NCBI GenBank assembly: GCA_965197585.1
Contig: OZ240215.1
Span: 1,440,001-1,504,000 of the forward strand
Direction: 5' to 3'
DNA from: Dehalococcoidia bacterium
GTDB taxonomy: Bacteria; Chloroflexota; Dehalococcoidia; Plut-88900
Length of the DNA stretch: 64,000 nt
Shown here: positions 8,898-19,633 of the stretch, piece by piece
Position numbering within the stretch: position 1 is the first letter of the stretch
Layout of the letters: each line of letters begins with the position of its first letter
Translations under genes and position numbers: made by a program
Notes under the pieces: model-generated
Told to the model about the DNA's origin: nothing
The model's database searches: none
The model's input: the letters and a program-made list of their open reading frames with translations, nothing else

Positions 8898-10106
8898 TTA
8901 GCCGAATGCCCCATCTTCCTTCAAACGGGCAAACTCCTCGGCGCTGAACCCCCCGACGCCCGTCATCACCTCTTCGTTATGCTCCCCCAGGGCCGGAGCC
9001 GCAGCCACCCTGCCCACGGGAGTCCCGGAAAACGCCAGCGGAACACCTGCCGCCGGTATCCTGCCCCGCGTAGGGTGGTCAATGTCGGTGACGTAGTTGT
9101 TGGCTCGAGCCTGGGGGTCGGCCGCCAGTTCCGCCATCGAGTTAACCGGCGAGTACGCCATCTCCAGCCCTGCCTCCTCAAGCGTACTCACCCACTCGGC
9201 CAGCGTCTTCTTGGCGAATATCTCATCGAGTTTGCCCATCAACCCCGCCCACCCCTCATCCTGCGGCGACGTCGCCGCCAGTTCCCCAGCCCCGATTGCG
9301 TTGCAAAACTCCTCCCACCATCGGTCGGGGTCCGGTTCGCAGAACATTAGCCACCGGCCGTCCGCACACTGGTACCAGTTGTATAGCAAACTGGTGGATT
9401 GAGACCTGTCATTCCTGGCATGCAACGGAGACCCTTCGCCCGGCGGCAAGTTCAAATCGGGGAACCTATCCGACCACAAGGCATAGTTAACCGCACCATG
9501 CTGGAAGTGCATCGCGCTCCCCAGCAGCGACCCCTGCACCATCTGCCCGTGCCCCGTCCGCTCCCGATTCACCAGCGCCGCAAGGATTCCATATGTCATT
9601 ACCGTGCCCGTGTTCTGGTCGAAAAGGCCGCCCTCCAAAAGAAGCGGCTCGGCCTCTAATCCTCCACTTATCATTGCGGTGAAACCGCTCCGCGCCTGGA
9701 CCAGCGCCTCGAAGGCCCTCCGGTCCTTGTCCTTGCCCAGGGGCCCCCATGCTCCAACGTGCCCGTAAACGAGCCTGCTGTTTATCCCCGAGAGAGTCTC
9801 GTAGTCAGCACCCAGGCGCTCCAGCAAGGCCGTATGGAAGTTCGATACGAAGACGTCCGCCCTGCCGACCAGCCGATACAGCGCTTCCTTGCCCGATTCC
9901 TTCTTCAAGTCCAGCGTAACGCTCTTCTTGTTCCGGTTCACGGCGTCGAACCAGAAGGTGCCCTTGGACCGGGTCGGGTCTCCGCCGTCAGGGCGCTCTA
10001 TCTTGAGCACCTCGGCCCCGAGGTCGCCCAATATGTACCCGATGGGAGGCCCAACGTGTATAACCGCCATCTCCACAACTCTGATTCCGTCTAATGGTCC
10101 CGGCAT
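8898..10106 (-). CDS. Family III CoA-transferase (CaiB/BaiF)
   Basis: PLDGIRVVE, DLGAEVLKIE, NRNKKSVTLDLK, catalytic-position Asp (LFDQNTG), APALGEHN. Confidence 0.92.
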   Translation of the reverse strand: MPGPLDGIRVVEMAVIHVGPPIGYILGDLGAEVLKIERPDGGDPTRSKGTFWFDAVNRNKKSVTLDLKKESGKEALYRLVGRADVFVSNFHTALLERLGADYETLSGINSRLVYGHVGAWGPLGKDKDRRAFEALVQARSGFTAMISGGLEAEPLLLEGGLFDQNTGTVMTYGILAALVNRERTGHGQMVQGSLLGSAMHFQHGAVNYALWSDRFPDLNLPPGEGSPLHARNDRSQSTSLLYNWYQCADGRWLMFCEPDPDRWWEEFCNAIGAGELAATSPQDEGWAGLMGKLDEIFAKKTLAEWVSTLEEAGLEMAYSPVNSMAELAADPQARANNYVTDIDHPTRGRIPAAGVPLAFSGTPVGRVAAAPALGEHNEEVMTGVGGFSAEEFARLKEDGAFG

Positions 10107-10182
10107 AGCTCCTCCTCAGTCGAGCGTTTGGGTTTCCTTTAATATCGGGTGGGACATTATGTTAAGACTTTCCCTTCCCCGA

Positions 10183-11586
10183 CTAGTTCTTCGCAATCTC
10201 CGGCACCCGACCCGTCCAGGGCCGAGCCTGCTCCAAAGCCGCCGAGGCCCGCAGCACAGTCATCTCATCACCCCACCTCCCCACCACCTGCAGTCCTATC
10301 GGCAGCCCATCCGACGAAAACCCGCAGGGCACGCTGGCCGCGGGATTTCCGGCTATGTTGAAACTTGCGGTGAAAGGCGCTGCTCCCCACAGCTTGCTGA
10401 CCTCCTGCCCGGCAATCTCCCGGGGCCGAGCCCCGATGGGATACGCAGGCACGGCAGTCGTGGGAGTCAATAGCAGGTCGTATTCCTCAAAGAAATCTTC
10501 CATCCTGGCCCGGAACTTCCACAGTTTCGACATGGCCCTGGCGTAGTCCGTCCCCATTGCCCGTTGCCCGGCCTCCAGGGTCGACTTCACGTAGTTCATC
10601 AACTGGTCTCCGTGGCTCTCCAGCAGAGACCCGTTGTTTGCGTACTCTTCCACTATGACTATGGGGCCAAATATACCGAACGGCGCCCCCGACTCCGGCG
10701 TCGCATCCTCCAGCGAGCATCCCATCCCCTCGAAAAGCTCCGCCGTTTCCCGCGTCTTGATCAACACCTCCTCGTCCACCACCCCATACCCCAAGTCCGA
10801 GCTCCACGCCACTTTCAAACCCTTCACCTCACCGTCCAGAGCTTCCAGAAAGTCTGGCGCTTCCGAGCGTATGGCGAGGCTGTCCCGGGAATCGTGGCCC
10901 GATATCTGGTTCAGCATCAGGGCCGCATCCCTCACGCTCCGGCTCATCGGCCCACTGTCCGAAAACAGCGCCCAACCTCCGTCCTTTGACGGGACCCTGC
11001 CGTGCGTCGGCTTGATCCCGTACACCCCACAGAATGCGGCTGGCACCCTGATCGAGCCCCCGCCGTCGCTCCCCGTGGCCAGAGGGCAGATATACGCCGC
11101 CAAGGCTGCTCCTGACCCACCACTCGAACCACCCGGCGTCCGGCCCGTATCCCACGGGTTCCGGCAGTCGTCTCCCAGCCGGTTCTCGGTGCTCGTAGAC
11201 TGCCCGAATTCCGGGGTGTTCGTCTTACCCAGAACTATCGCCCCGGCCTTCCTCAGCCTCTCCACAATTATGGAGTCTTCATCAGGCACGTTGTCCTTAA
11301 ATGCCAGCGAACCGAATGTAGTCCTGATTCCCTTCGTTGCCTCCAGGTCCTTTACGGCGACGGGAATCCCGTGAAGGGACGGCATATCCGGCCCCGCGCT
11401 CTTCTCCGCCTCCCTCGCCGACTCCATAGCCTCGTCACCGCACACCGTGAGAAAGGCGTTGAGAGTCGGGTTGAAGGCCTCGATCCTCCGCAGGCAGGCC
11501 TCGATGAGCTCCACCGGCGACACCTGACGGGACGATATCAGGCCGGCCAGTTCTGTCGTGTCTTTTCTGATTAGATCATTGGTCAC
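10183..11586 (-). CDS. Amidase signature family protein
   Basis: AVKD, GKTNTPEFG, TPGGSSGGS, GSDGGGSIRVPA (Lys-Ser-Ser triad). Confidence 0.93.
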   Translation of the reverse strand: MTNDLIRKDTTELAGLISSRQVSPVELIEACLRRIEAFNPTLNAFLTVCGDEAMESAREAEKSAGPDMPSLHGIPVAVKDLEATKGIRTTFGSLAFKDNVPDEDSIIVERLRKAGAIVLGKTNTPEFGQSTSTENRLGDDCRNPWDTGRTPGGSSGGSGAALAAYICPLATGSDGGGSIRVPAAFCGVYGIKPTHGRVPSKDGGWALFSDSGPMSRSVRDAALMLNQISGHDSRDSLAIRSEAPDFLEALDGEVKGLKVAWSSDLGYGVVDEEVLIKTRETAELFEGMGCSLEDATPESGAPFGIFGPIVIVEEYANNGSLLESHGDQLMNYVKSTLEAGQRAMGTDYARAMSKLWKFRARMEDFFEEYDLLLTPTTAVPAYPIGARPREIAGQEVSKLWGAAPFTASFNIAGNPAASVPCGFSSDGLPIGLQVVGRWGDEMTVLRASAALEQARPWTGRVPEIAKN

Positions 11587-11733
11587 AGATCGGGTTCCTC
11601 CGGTGCAAGGTTCGGCCGAGCGAGTTCATTCGATAAACTGGACACGGAAAATGAGCGAGTGCGGTTCGGCCCGATTATAGGAATCGCCCGACAACACGGT
11701 CAAGGTTGACGCCCCTCCCCCTTCTCACCCCAC

Positions 11734-12085
11734 CATTCCGATGCCCCGCGAGGAACCTAGGGCATAAGCCCGCCACTCACCTATTTAATCCCCAACCCCA
11801 CCCCCGCCCCCGAGCCGGAATCCAGGGAGGGGCCGCTCACACTGAGCCTGTTGTAAGTCCGCTGAGGCGGACCGAAGGGTCGAGCGGGGGCCACCCCACA
11901 CTGCCATCCCCCATCCGTCTTTCCTACGGAGGCAGGTCGCAGATGCGCCAAGGCGTGAACCCATCCCCCCTGAAGGCGCACCCCCGCCGAGCCGGGACTC
12001 CCTTCCCCAGGGGCTGTGGGGCCGCTCACCCTGAGGCACTCGAAGGGTCGAGCGGGAGGCCCCACACTTGCCGACCCGTCGCGCC
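11734..12085 (+). repeat. Cluster of REP-like repeats (families A and B plus other hairpins)
   Basis: Family A at 11734, family B at 11831 and 12018. Confidence 0.75.
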
Positions 12086-12111
12086 TTCCCCCCAAAAGTG
12101 ACACGAACCCC

Positions 12112-12141
12112 TTGACCTAATCAGGACATCTGTACTATTAT
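12112..12141 (+). promoter_or_regulatory. Sigma70-type promoter with LexA/SOS-like box
   Basis: TTGACC-18bp-TATTAT; GGACATCTGTAC (12124-12135) in the same position as the box at 5664. Confidence 0.5.
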
Positions 12142-12805
12142 CCCCCTTGAATGGCCAATCACACACCCTAAACCCAAGGAGGAACACACAACCCAGGGGG
12201 AACACCAGCCCCGGCCCCGAGGACTCAACGCCTAAGCCCATCCCAACGGCCCTCGCGCAGGCCCGCGGCACAAGCGAAAGTCGCCATCTCCTCATCCCAC
12301 CGGGTCCCGTGTCCTCTTCCCTGACCCCCATCAGGCGATGGATGGTCCACAATTTTAAGCGGCACGCTCCCCTCAAAGGAGCCCTGCCCAAATGAGCCCC
12401 GCTCACGCCGGGCCAAACACCTCGGGCCTTTACGCCCTTGGAAACATCTCCCCCGTCGTTCCCTTCGGAGACCCCCATACAACCAGCGACGGCAGCGAGA
12501 AAACGTGCTCCCCACCCCTCCGAGTGGGTCAGCCAAAACTGGTGGTAGAGATGCCCTCAAGCGAGAACCCCTCGCTTGTCTACCACGTGATAACAGAAGC
12601 ACGGGGCTGAACCAGGCTGGCCTCCCGCCCCCTGAATCCGAGTCCCGGACCTTCCATCGCCTGCCCTCCGTCACCAAGTAACAAAGTGAAAACGAAATCC
12701 CAACTGAATACACAATCCCTGAAGGGAAGACCCGCCGGTCTCCCTGGGATGGCAGCACCGCAATTTGTAACCCCCCGAGACGGGGCACTATAATTGCAAC
12801 CTGCC

Positions 12806-13543
12806 ATGCCGGAACCCAAGACTCGCGCCTCCATCTTCATAACCTGCCTCGTTGACCAGTTCTATCCCCAGGTAGGCGAGGCTATGGTAAAGGTACTGCG
12901 GGACCAGGGCGTGCAGCTTTCCTTCCCTCAAGCCCAGACCTGCTGCGGCCAGCCCGCTTTTAACGCGGGTTTCCAGTCCGAGGCCCGAGACCTCGCCAAA
13001 CGCTTCATCTCGATCTTCGAAGGCGACGACTATATCGTGGCCCCTTCCGGTTCATGCACTTCAATGGTCCGGGTCTACTATCCCGACCTCTTCAAAGACG
13101 ACCCCGAGATGCTCGAAAAGGCCCGCAGCCTCGGGGCCCGTACTTATGAGTTCTCCGAGTTTCTCGTTAAGGTTCTCGGCGTCGAGGATGTAAATGCAAC
13201 CCATAATGGCTCGGTGACCTACCACCCTTCCTGCCATCTTTTGAGAGAGCTCAAAGTCCGTAACGAGCCAACGCAGCTTCTAAGTAATGTGAAGAGAATA
13301 GAAATCAAGGACCTCCCCGATGCCGAACAGTGCTGCGGGTTCGGAGGCTCCTTTGCAGTCAAGTATCCTCACATATCGGGCTCCATTCTCCAACGCAAGC
13401 TCGACTGCATCCGTAATTCGGGCGCCGACACCCTCGTCGCCAATGATGCCGGGTGCCTCATGCAGATGGCGGGTGGACTGAAACGCCAAAATATCCCCGT
13501 CCAGGCCCGACACATCGCCGAGATTCTCGCCTCCAGGGAATAG
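12806..13543 (+). CDS. lutA: L-lactate utilisation protein A (CCG-domain Fe-S)
   Basis: FITCLVDQFYP, QTCCGQP, YHPSCH, CCGFGG; first gene of the lutABC triad. Confidence 0.9.
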   Translation: MPEPKTRASIFITCLVDQFYPQVGEAMVKVLRDQGVQLSFPQAQTCCGQPAFNAGFQSEARDLAKRFISIFEGDDYIVAPSGSCTSMVRVYYPDLFKDDPEMLEKARSLGARTYEFSEFLVKVLGVEDVNATHNGSVTYHPSCHLLRELKVRNEPTQLLSNVKRIEIKDLPDAEQCCGFGGSFAVKYPHISGSILQRKLDCIRNSGADTLVANDAGCLMQMAGGLKRQNIPVQARHIAEILASRE

Positions 13544-13572
13544 CACTCTGCCTCTTCGATAGAACATATAAC

Positions 13573-15021
13573 ATGGAGATCAAGACCAAAGACTTCAACG
13601 CAGGCTCCCGACGCGCCGTTAAGAACGTGCGAGTCCAGCAGGCCGCCCAACGCGCCACCGGCAACCTCCTCCGGGAGCGCAACAACGCCGCGGCCAACCT
13701 TCCCGAATGGGAGGAACTCCGAGACCGCGCACGGGAGATCAAGGCTCATACCATCGAAAGACTGGACGACTACCTCGCCCTGTTTGCCGACTCCGTAGAG
13801 AAGGCCGGTGGCAAGGTGGTATGGGCGAGCACTGCCCAGGAGGCCGCCGAGTACGTTGTCTCCCTCGCTAGGGAGAAGGGTGTCCGCACCGTGGTCAAGG
13901 GCAAATCCATGGCCACCGAGGAGATAGACCTCAATCACAAGCTTGAAGAGGTGGGCGTCGAGGCCATAGAGACCGACCTCGGTGAATACATGATCCAGCT
14001 CGCCGGCGAGACTCCCTACCACATCATCGCCCCAGCTATTCACAAGACTCGGCAGGACTTCGGCCAACTATTCTCAGAGCACCTATCCATCCCCTACGAG
14101 GAAGACCCCCAGCGCCTGACCCAGATCGCCCGGCACGCCCTCCGGGAGAAGTTCAGCCAGGCCGACATGGGCGTCACGGGCGCAAACTTCGGCATCGCCG
14201 AAACCGGCACCATCGTCCTCGTAGAAAACGAAGGCAACCAGCGGCTCTCCACATCCCTTCCACCCATTCACGTCTCCATAATGGGCATGGAGAAGGTCAT
14301 ACCCACCCTCCAGGACCTGTCCGTATTTCTCGCTCTTCTCCCCCGCAGCGCTACGGGCCAACAGGCAAGCTCTTACGTATCCATGATCACCGGGCCCCGA
14401 GCCCCGGGCGAGATTGACGGCCCCGAAGAGTTCCACATGGTCATCCTGGACAATGGCCGCAGCCGTATCCTCGCCGACCCCGCCATGCGCGAGTCCCTGT
14501 ACTGCATCCGTTGTGCAGCCTGCCTTAACATATGCCCCGTATACAACTCTGTCGGGGGTCACGCCTACGGGTGGGTCTACTCAGGCCCCATCGGTTCGAT
14601 TATCACGCCAGAGATAGTCGGGATCGGGGAGGCTAAGGACCTGCCCGCCGCATCGACTCTGTGCGGGGCGTGCCGGGATGTCTGCCCTATCAAAATCGAC
14701 ATCCCCCACATGCTCCTCAACCTCCGGCACAAGGCCGCCCAACCGAAGCCGAACGATCCCGTTACAAATGGCGCCGGGGCCCCCCTCCTTGAAAAATGGG
14801 TCATGCGTGCCTGGGCCGCGACTATGAAAAGCAAGATGGCCTACTCCACCGCAACCGGCCTCGCACGACTCACCCAGAAACCCCTTTCGAGAAACGGATA
14901 TCTCAGATGGCTCCCACCGTTCCTCAGGGGATGGACTGACCACCGGGAGTTTCCCGCCCTCGCCCCCCGCTCATTTGCGCAGTTGTGGAACGAAAGGCTA
15001 TCCAAAGATGCCCCTGACTAG
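13573..15021 (+). CDS. lutB: L-lactate utilisation protein B (Fe-S)
   Basis: KGKSMATEE, ETDLGE, CIRCAACLNICP, LCGACRDVCP. Confidence 0.92.
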   Translation: MEIKTKDFNAGSRRAVKNVRVQQAAQRATGNLLRERNNAAANLPEWEELRDRAREIKAHTIERLDDYLALFADSVEKAGGKVVWASTAQEAAEYVVSLAREKGVRTVVKGKSMATEEIDLNHKLEEVGVEAIETDLGEYMIQLAGETPYHIIAPAIHKTRQDFGQLFSEHLSIPYEEDPQRLTQIARHALREKFSQADMGVTGANFGIAETGTIVLVENEGNQRLSTSLPPIHVSIMGMEKVIPTLQDLSVFLALLPRSATGQQASSYVSMITGPRAPGEIDGPEEFHMVILDNGRSRILADPAMRESLYCIRCAACLNICPVYNSVGGHAYGWVYSGPIGSIITPEIVGIGEAKDLPAASTLCGACRDVCPIKIDIPHMLLNLRHKAAQPKPNDPVTNGAGAPLLEKWVMRAWAATMKSKMAYSTATGLARLTQKPLSRNGYLRWLPPFLRGWTDHREFPALAPRSFAQLWNERLSKDAPD

Positions 15022-15715
15022 CCGGGAAGCCTTCCTTACAACCGTCCGCCGAAGCCTCGGCAGGGCCGGGACCACCGCGCCCCCATCAAACGGAGTTACC
15101 CACGCTGAAACCGACAGTTCGATTCCTCCAAAAACTCCCGATCTTGACCGTGAACAGCTAATCTCACGCTTTGCAGAAGAGGTGAAGAAAGTCCACGGCG
15201 TCGTTACACGGGTGTCGGGGCGAAACAAGCTATCCGCACTCTTGGGCGCTCTCATTGAGGAGAAGGGTATAAAAAGAATAGTCAGGTGGGATACCGCGGC
15301 TCTCTCGAGCCTCGACCCTGCTCTCATTGGCGCTGGCGCAGAGGTAATCCCTATCAATCTGAACGAAGACGAAGCCTCTCGTTCCGAACTGAGGAACGCC
15401 CTCATCGACGCTGATATGGGACTCACCGAGGTCGATTACGCCATCGCAGATATCGGCTCCCTGGTACTACGAGCCTCCGGCCCGCAGAGCCGGCTTTCAT
15501 CCGTTCTCCCCCCAATCCACGTAGCGATTGTCGCTTCCGATAGGATCGTCGCTTCCCTGGCACATCTCCTGCCCCTGCTCAATTCTTCGGAGAAACTCCC
15601 GTCCGCCGTGGCCCTGGTCACGGGCCCTTCCCGCACCGCCGACATCGAGACCATCCGCACCGTCGGGATTCACGGGCCCGTTGAGCTCCACGTCGTAATC
15701 CTGGACGTAGAGTGA
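15008..15715 (+). CDS. lutC: L-lactate utilisation protein C (LUD domain)
   Basis: LPPIHVA, VTGPSRTADIE, GIHGP. Confidence 0.88.
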   Translation: MPLTSREAFLTTVRRSLGRAGTTAPPSNGVTHAETDSSIPPKTPDLDREQLISRFAEEVKKVHGVVTRVSGRNKLSALLGALIEEKGIKRIVRWDTAALSSLDPALIGAGAEVIPINLNEDEASRSELRNALIDADMGLTEVDYAIADIGSLVLRASGPQSRLSSVLPPIHVAIVASDRIVASLAHLLPLLNSSEKLPSAVALVTGPSRTADIETIRTVGIHGPVELHVVILDVE

Positions 15716-15856
15716 TCCTAATTATCTTGTCGACAACAGCTGTTCTTGACTAGCTAACGTTTGTTATTGACTAACTACCTCTGCACCGCTATATTGCAGC
15801 TTACAGTCCCGTCCTGCGACCCGGTGGGTATAGGATCAGTTGTAAGGAGGGTGTGT

Positions 15857-17047
15857 ATGCGAGTTCAGAAGAAGACCTTGCTGTTCCTGCTGGGACTGTT
15901 AACAGTCCTGGCTGTCTTGGCCCTGGCATGTGGAGGTGGTGATGGGGAGGACGACGAGGGCCCCTTCAGGGTTGGCGTCATGGAATCCGTTACGGGCGCC
16001 GGCGAAACCTACGGCGTGATGGCCGTGCAGGCCAAGCAGATGGCCGTCGACGAGATCAACGAGGCCGGCGGCATCAACGGCCGCATGCTCGAGATTATCG
16101 TCGAGGACGAAAAGTGCAACGCTCAGGACTCCATCACTGCCTACAAGAAACTCACCGAAGTTGATGGCGTGAAGATTATCCTCGGCACGTCCTGCAGCGG
16201 AGCAATGCTCGGCGCAGCCCCATTGGCAGAGGAAGACGGCGTTGTCATTTTCTCCGGCCTAGCCACCAACCCCGACATTGCCGACGCCGGGGACTACATC
16301 TTCAGGACGTCTTTGAACGACGCCCTCGTCGGCATCGACACCGGCAATGCGATGTGGGTGGACGGCCACCGTACAATGGCCACCATTACCGAGAACACTG
16401 ACTACGCAGAAGGCGTGCGACGCACGACCGTGGACAGGTTTGAGGAGCTCGGCGGCTCCGTCGTTGCGGAGGAGCACTACGCCTCCGACGTAACCGACTT
16501 CAGGACCCAGTTGACTAAAATTATCGGCGAGGAACCCGACGCCCTGCATGTCTCCGCTCAGTCTGAGTTCACCGGCGGCACCATAATCAAGCAGGTCCGG
16601 GAGCTTGGCTGGGAAGGCCCCATCTTCGCCGAGATCGTGGCCGTCGGCCCCACCGCCCAGGAGATCGCAGGTGATGCGATCACCGGAGCAAAGGGCATAG
16701 CCGCCGCGGGCTTGGACCCGTCCAACACCAAGGCCATGGAAGTCCTCCAGAACTTCCAGGAGCGCTACGAATACATCGTCTTCCCCTGGTATCTCGGCTC
16801 CGCCTACGACGACGTCTACATCACCGCCGAGTGCCTCAAGCAGACCAATGACGACCAGGACGCCGACGGTTTCAGGGACTGCCTCTACGACATCACCTGG
16901 AGCGGCACCATCGGAGAAAACTACAGCTTCGACGAAAAGGGCGAAGTCGAGGGCCTCTCTAACGTCGTCGTTGAAATCCTGCCCGTGAGCGAGAGGACGA
17001 CGGACAACCAGGGCTTCAAAATCCTCGGTCCTGCGCCCATTCCCTAG
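15857..17047 (+). CDS. Branched-chain amino acid-type ABC transporter substrate-binding lipoprotein (LivK-like)
   Basis: Lipobox LALAC, EINEAGGINGR, DYIFR; AAGGAGG RBS. Confidence 0.9.
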   Translation: MRVQKKTLLFLLGLLTVLAVLALACGGGDGEDDEGPFRVGVMESVTGAGETYGVMAVQAKQMAVDEINEAGGINGRMLEIIVEDEKCNAQDSITAYKKLTEVDGVKIILGTSCSGAMLGAAPLAEEDGVVIFSGLATNPDIADAGDYIFRTSLNDALVGIDTGNAMWVDGHRTMATITENTDYAEGVRRTTVDRFEELGGSVVAEEHYASDVTDFRTQLTKIIGEEPDALHVSAQSEFTGGTIIKQVRELGWEGPIFAEIVAVGPTAQEIAGDAITGAKGIAAAGLDPSNTKAMEVLQNFQERYEYIVFPWYLGSAYDDVYITAECLKQTNDDQDADGFRDCLYDITWSGTIGENYSFDEKGEVEGLSNVVVEILPVSERTTDNQGFKILGPAPIP

Positions 17048-17176
17048 ACCCGAACAAGACTTAGCGTTGGGTGGTCGGCCCAAACCGGGCCGGCCGCCCG
17101 TCCCAACATAGTCCCTGGCCCTGCTCCCCTGGCCCTCTGTGGTAGGGAGATTCTCAATTGATCAGCAGGTGAAAAA

Positions 17177-18562
17177 TTGATCAGGCAACGCGAAGGCGAG
17201 TCCCGGCTTCCCAGGCTCTCCCAGTACTCCGGCAGCCAGATCCTCGCTGTAGTTCTTACCGTTGTCCTCATAGGCTACATCAGCTGGAAGATCAGCGAAT
17301 CGGCTGATCAGGCCCTGCAATTCGCATTCAACGGCGCTTCCGTGGGCGCCATCTATGCCCTGCTTGCCATCGGCTTCACCCTCGTCTACAGCACGGTTTG
17401 GTTCTTCGATCTCTATTACGGCGCTGCCGCTGCCATCGGCGCATACGGCGTTTTCTACCTCAGGTCCAAAGACGCCCTCCAGGTCGGGCAGTTCGAAGTC
17501 AACGATCTTTACGTTAACGTCGTATTCGCCCTCGTGGTGGCCGGCGTGGCCGGATGGGGTTTCCAGGCAGGCCTCAGGCAGCACATCGCTGCCCGCATAG
17601 GTCGGAGGGGTGGACTTATAGTCCTGGCCCTGACCGCCGCGGCGGCCGGCAGCTATGCCGGCTTCATCCTCAACAATCCGGACGAATTGAACGTCGTCGT
17701 AAGCCCCGCCGTCGGGGCCCTGACCGGCATCGTTGCTTTCTGGGCCGCCAACAGTGTCATCGGAGCCCGCGTTCCGGAAGGCTCCCGGATGCCCTTCATC
17801 GTCCTTGCCGCCATAGGCTCAGCCGCTCTGGGTGCATACTGCGGCCTGCTCACGTCTCAGGCCTCCGGTTCAAGCCTATATCTCAGCTGGGGCGTCTCCT
17901 GCCTGCTAGCCGGATCGGTCAGCCTGGCCCTGTATCGCGGCCTATACTTATACATGCGCCGCCGAGCCCGGTCTCCATTGATAATGCTGGTGGCATCCCT
18001 GGGTGTACTGCTCGCTCTAACTGCATTCACAACCATCATCTTTCAGTCCGCTCCCCGCCCCCTTCCCGAGGCTTTTGGCAGCACTCCATGGCAGATCTTC
18101 GGCGCATACATCAAACCCTTCAACGTCTTCTCCATCGGTGTCGCCATCGTTGGATTTATGGCGCTGATCCTCTTTCTTAGGAAGACCTCTTTCGGAAAGG
18201 CCGTGCGGGCCATAGGTGACGACGAAGAGGTGTCCAAAGTTGTTGGGATAAACACCACCGTCGTCATCGCTATCGTATTCTTCATTGGGGCTATGTATGC
18301 CTCGCTGGCCGGCATACTGAATGGCCATGACACGGCAATACAGCCTCGCATGGGTCTGCTCCTGCTCCTGAAGGGCTGGATCGCATCCGTAATCGGCGGC
18401 ATCGGCAACTTGTACGGGGCAATTGTCGGCGGTTTCGTCCTGGGTATGATCGAACAGTTCGGCATCTGGGACCTCGCCGGCGAGTGGAAAGATGCCATCT
18501 CTTTCATTCTTCTCATCCTGTTCCTGGCCTTCTGGCCCAAGGGCCTAATCCCCAGGAAATAA
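17177..18562 (+). CDS. Branched-chain-type ABC permease, LivH-like, unusually long
   Basis: GAIYALLAIGFTLVY, GKAVRAIGDD, IGGIGNLYGA. Confidence 0.88.
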   Translation: MIRQREGESRLPRLSQYSGSQILAVVLTVVLIGYISWKISESADQALQFAFNGASVGAIYALLAIGFTLVYSTVWFFDLYYGAAAAIGAYGVFYLRSKDALQVGQFEVNDLYVNVVFALVVAGVAGWGFQAGLRQHIAARIGRRGGLIVLALTAAAAGSYAGFILNNPDELNVVVSPAVGALTGIVAFWAANSVIGARVPEGSRMPFIVLAAIGSAALGAYCGLLTSQASGSSLYLSWGVSCLLAGSVSLALYRGLYLYMRRRARSPLIMLVASLGVLLALTAFTTIIFQSAPRPLPEAFGSTPWQIFGAYIKPFNVFSIGVAIVGFMALILFLRKTSFGKAVRAIGDDEEVSKVVGINTTVVIAIVFFIGAMYASLAGILNGHDTAIQPRMGLLLLLKGWIASVIGGIGNLYGAIVGGFVLGMIEQFGIWDLAGEWKDAISFILLILFLAFWPKGLIPRK

Positions 18563-18565
18563 CTC

Positions 18566-19633
18566 ATGGCTATGGAGTTACAGGCAGAATCTGAAGTCCG
18601 CATCGGCGTCGCCGATGTGCTCCGCGACCCTAGACTGCTCATTCGCGGAGCCAGGTCTAACCTTGAGATCTGGGCCAACCTGATCGTAATACTCTGGGCC
18701 GTCGCGTTCATGCTCTGGCAGGGGACCGGCTTCGCCGTCACCATCGCTACTGTTTTTGCCATCTGGGCGATACTCGCCGTTAGCCTTAATCTGGTGGTCG
18801 GGTTTGCAGGTCTCCTTTCGGTGGCACACATCGGGTTCTTCGGCATCGGCGCCTACACTGTAGCCATCCTGACCTCGGACCAGGATTACGAGCAGCTCCG
18901 CACACAGACCCTTCCTACCTTCGATTTCCCCTTCTTTGCAGCTCTCCCCATCGCTGTGGTTATCGCGGGTCTCGTTGCAATCATTGTCGGAACGGTATTC
19001 AACCGCTTCCGAGACGACATTTTCGTTCTCGTGTCCTTTGGCTTCGCCATCATCGCCTTCAATGTGTTTCTCAACTTGCGCCCCGTCACCCGTGGCGCAT
19101 TCGGGATCCACGAAATAGCCCGGCCCGCCATAGGAGGCTGGGTCTTCGACGGCGATTTCGAATTCCTGCTTCTATCTCTTGTAATACTGGCCCTCGTCAT
19201 GCTCGTCTCCTGGTTCATCGTCTCCTCATCCTTCGGACGCGTTTTGACCGCCATCCGCGAGGATCAACAGGCCATCGAAGTATTCGGCTATCGCGTCACC
19301 TTCTACAAGCTGGCCATCTGGGTCATCTCCGCCATGATGGCGTCCCTAGCCGGCGGCCTGTTCTCAAGCTGGACCAGCTTTATCGACCCCAACTCCTTCA
19401 TACTCCTTGAGTCGATCCTCATGGTATCCATAGTCATTCTTGGCGGCTTGGCCACCATCTGGGGGTCCCTGCTGGGCGCAATGGTCTTTGTCCTGCTTGA
19501 AGAGGGCATGCGATTCCTTCCCTTCCTCCCCACCGAGTACATAGGCCAGGCCCGACAGATCGTCCTGGGAGTCCTTCTTGTTCTCCTAATGCTCTTCAGA
19601 CCACAGGGGCTGGTTGGGAGATATAAGCTTTGA
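18566..19633 (+). CDS. Branched-chain-type ABC permease, LivM-like
   Basis: SLNLVVGFAGLLS, FGRVLTAIRED, LFRPQGL. Confidence 0.9.
   Translation: MAMELQAESEVRIGVADVLRDPRLLIRGARSNLEIWANLIVILWAVAFMLWQGTGFAVTIATVFAIWAILAVSLNLVVGFAGLLSVAHIGFFGIGAYTVAILTSDQDYEQLRTQTLPTFDFPFFAALPIAVVIAGLVAIIVGTVFNRFRDDIFVLVSFGFAIIAFNVFLNLRPVTRGAFGIHEIARPAIGGWVFDGDFEFLLLSLVILALVMLVSWFIVSSSFGRVLTAIREDQQAIEVFGYRVTFYKLAIWVISAMMASLAGGLFSSWTSFIDPNSFILLESILMVSIVILGGLATIWGSLLGAMVFVLLEEGMRFLPFLPTEYIGQARQIVLGVLLVLLMLFRPQGLVGRYKL

Noticed and set aside
10183-11586. GatA of the Glu-tRNA amidotransferase
   Set aside because: No gatB or gatC adjacent and the context is catabolic; called a generic amidase.
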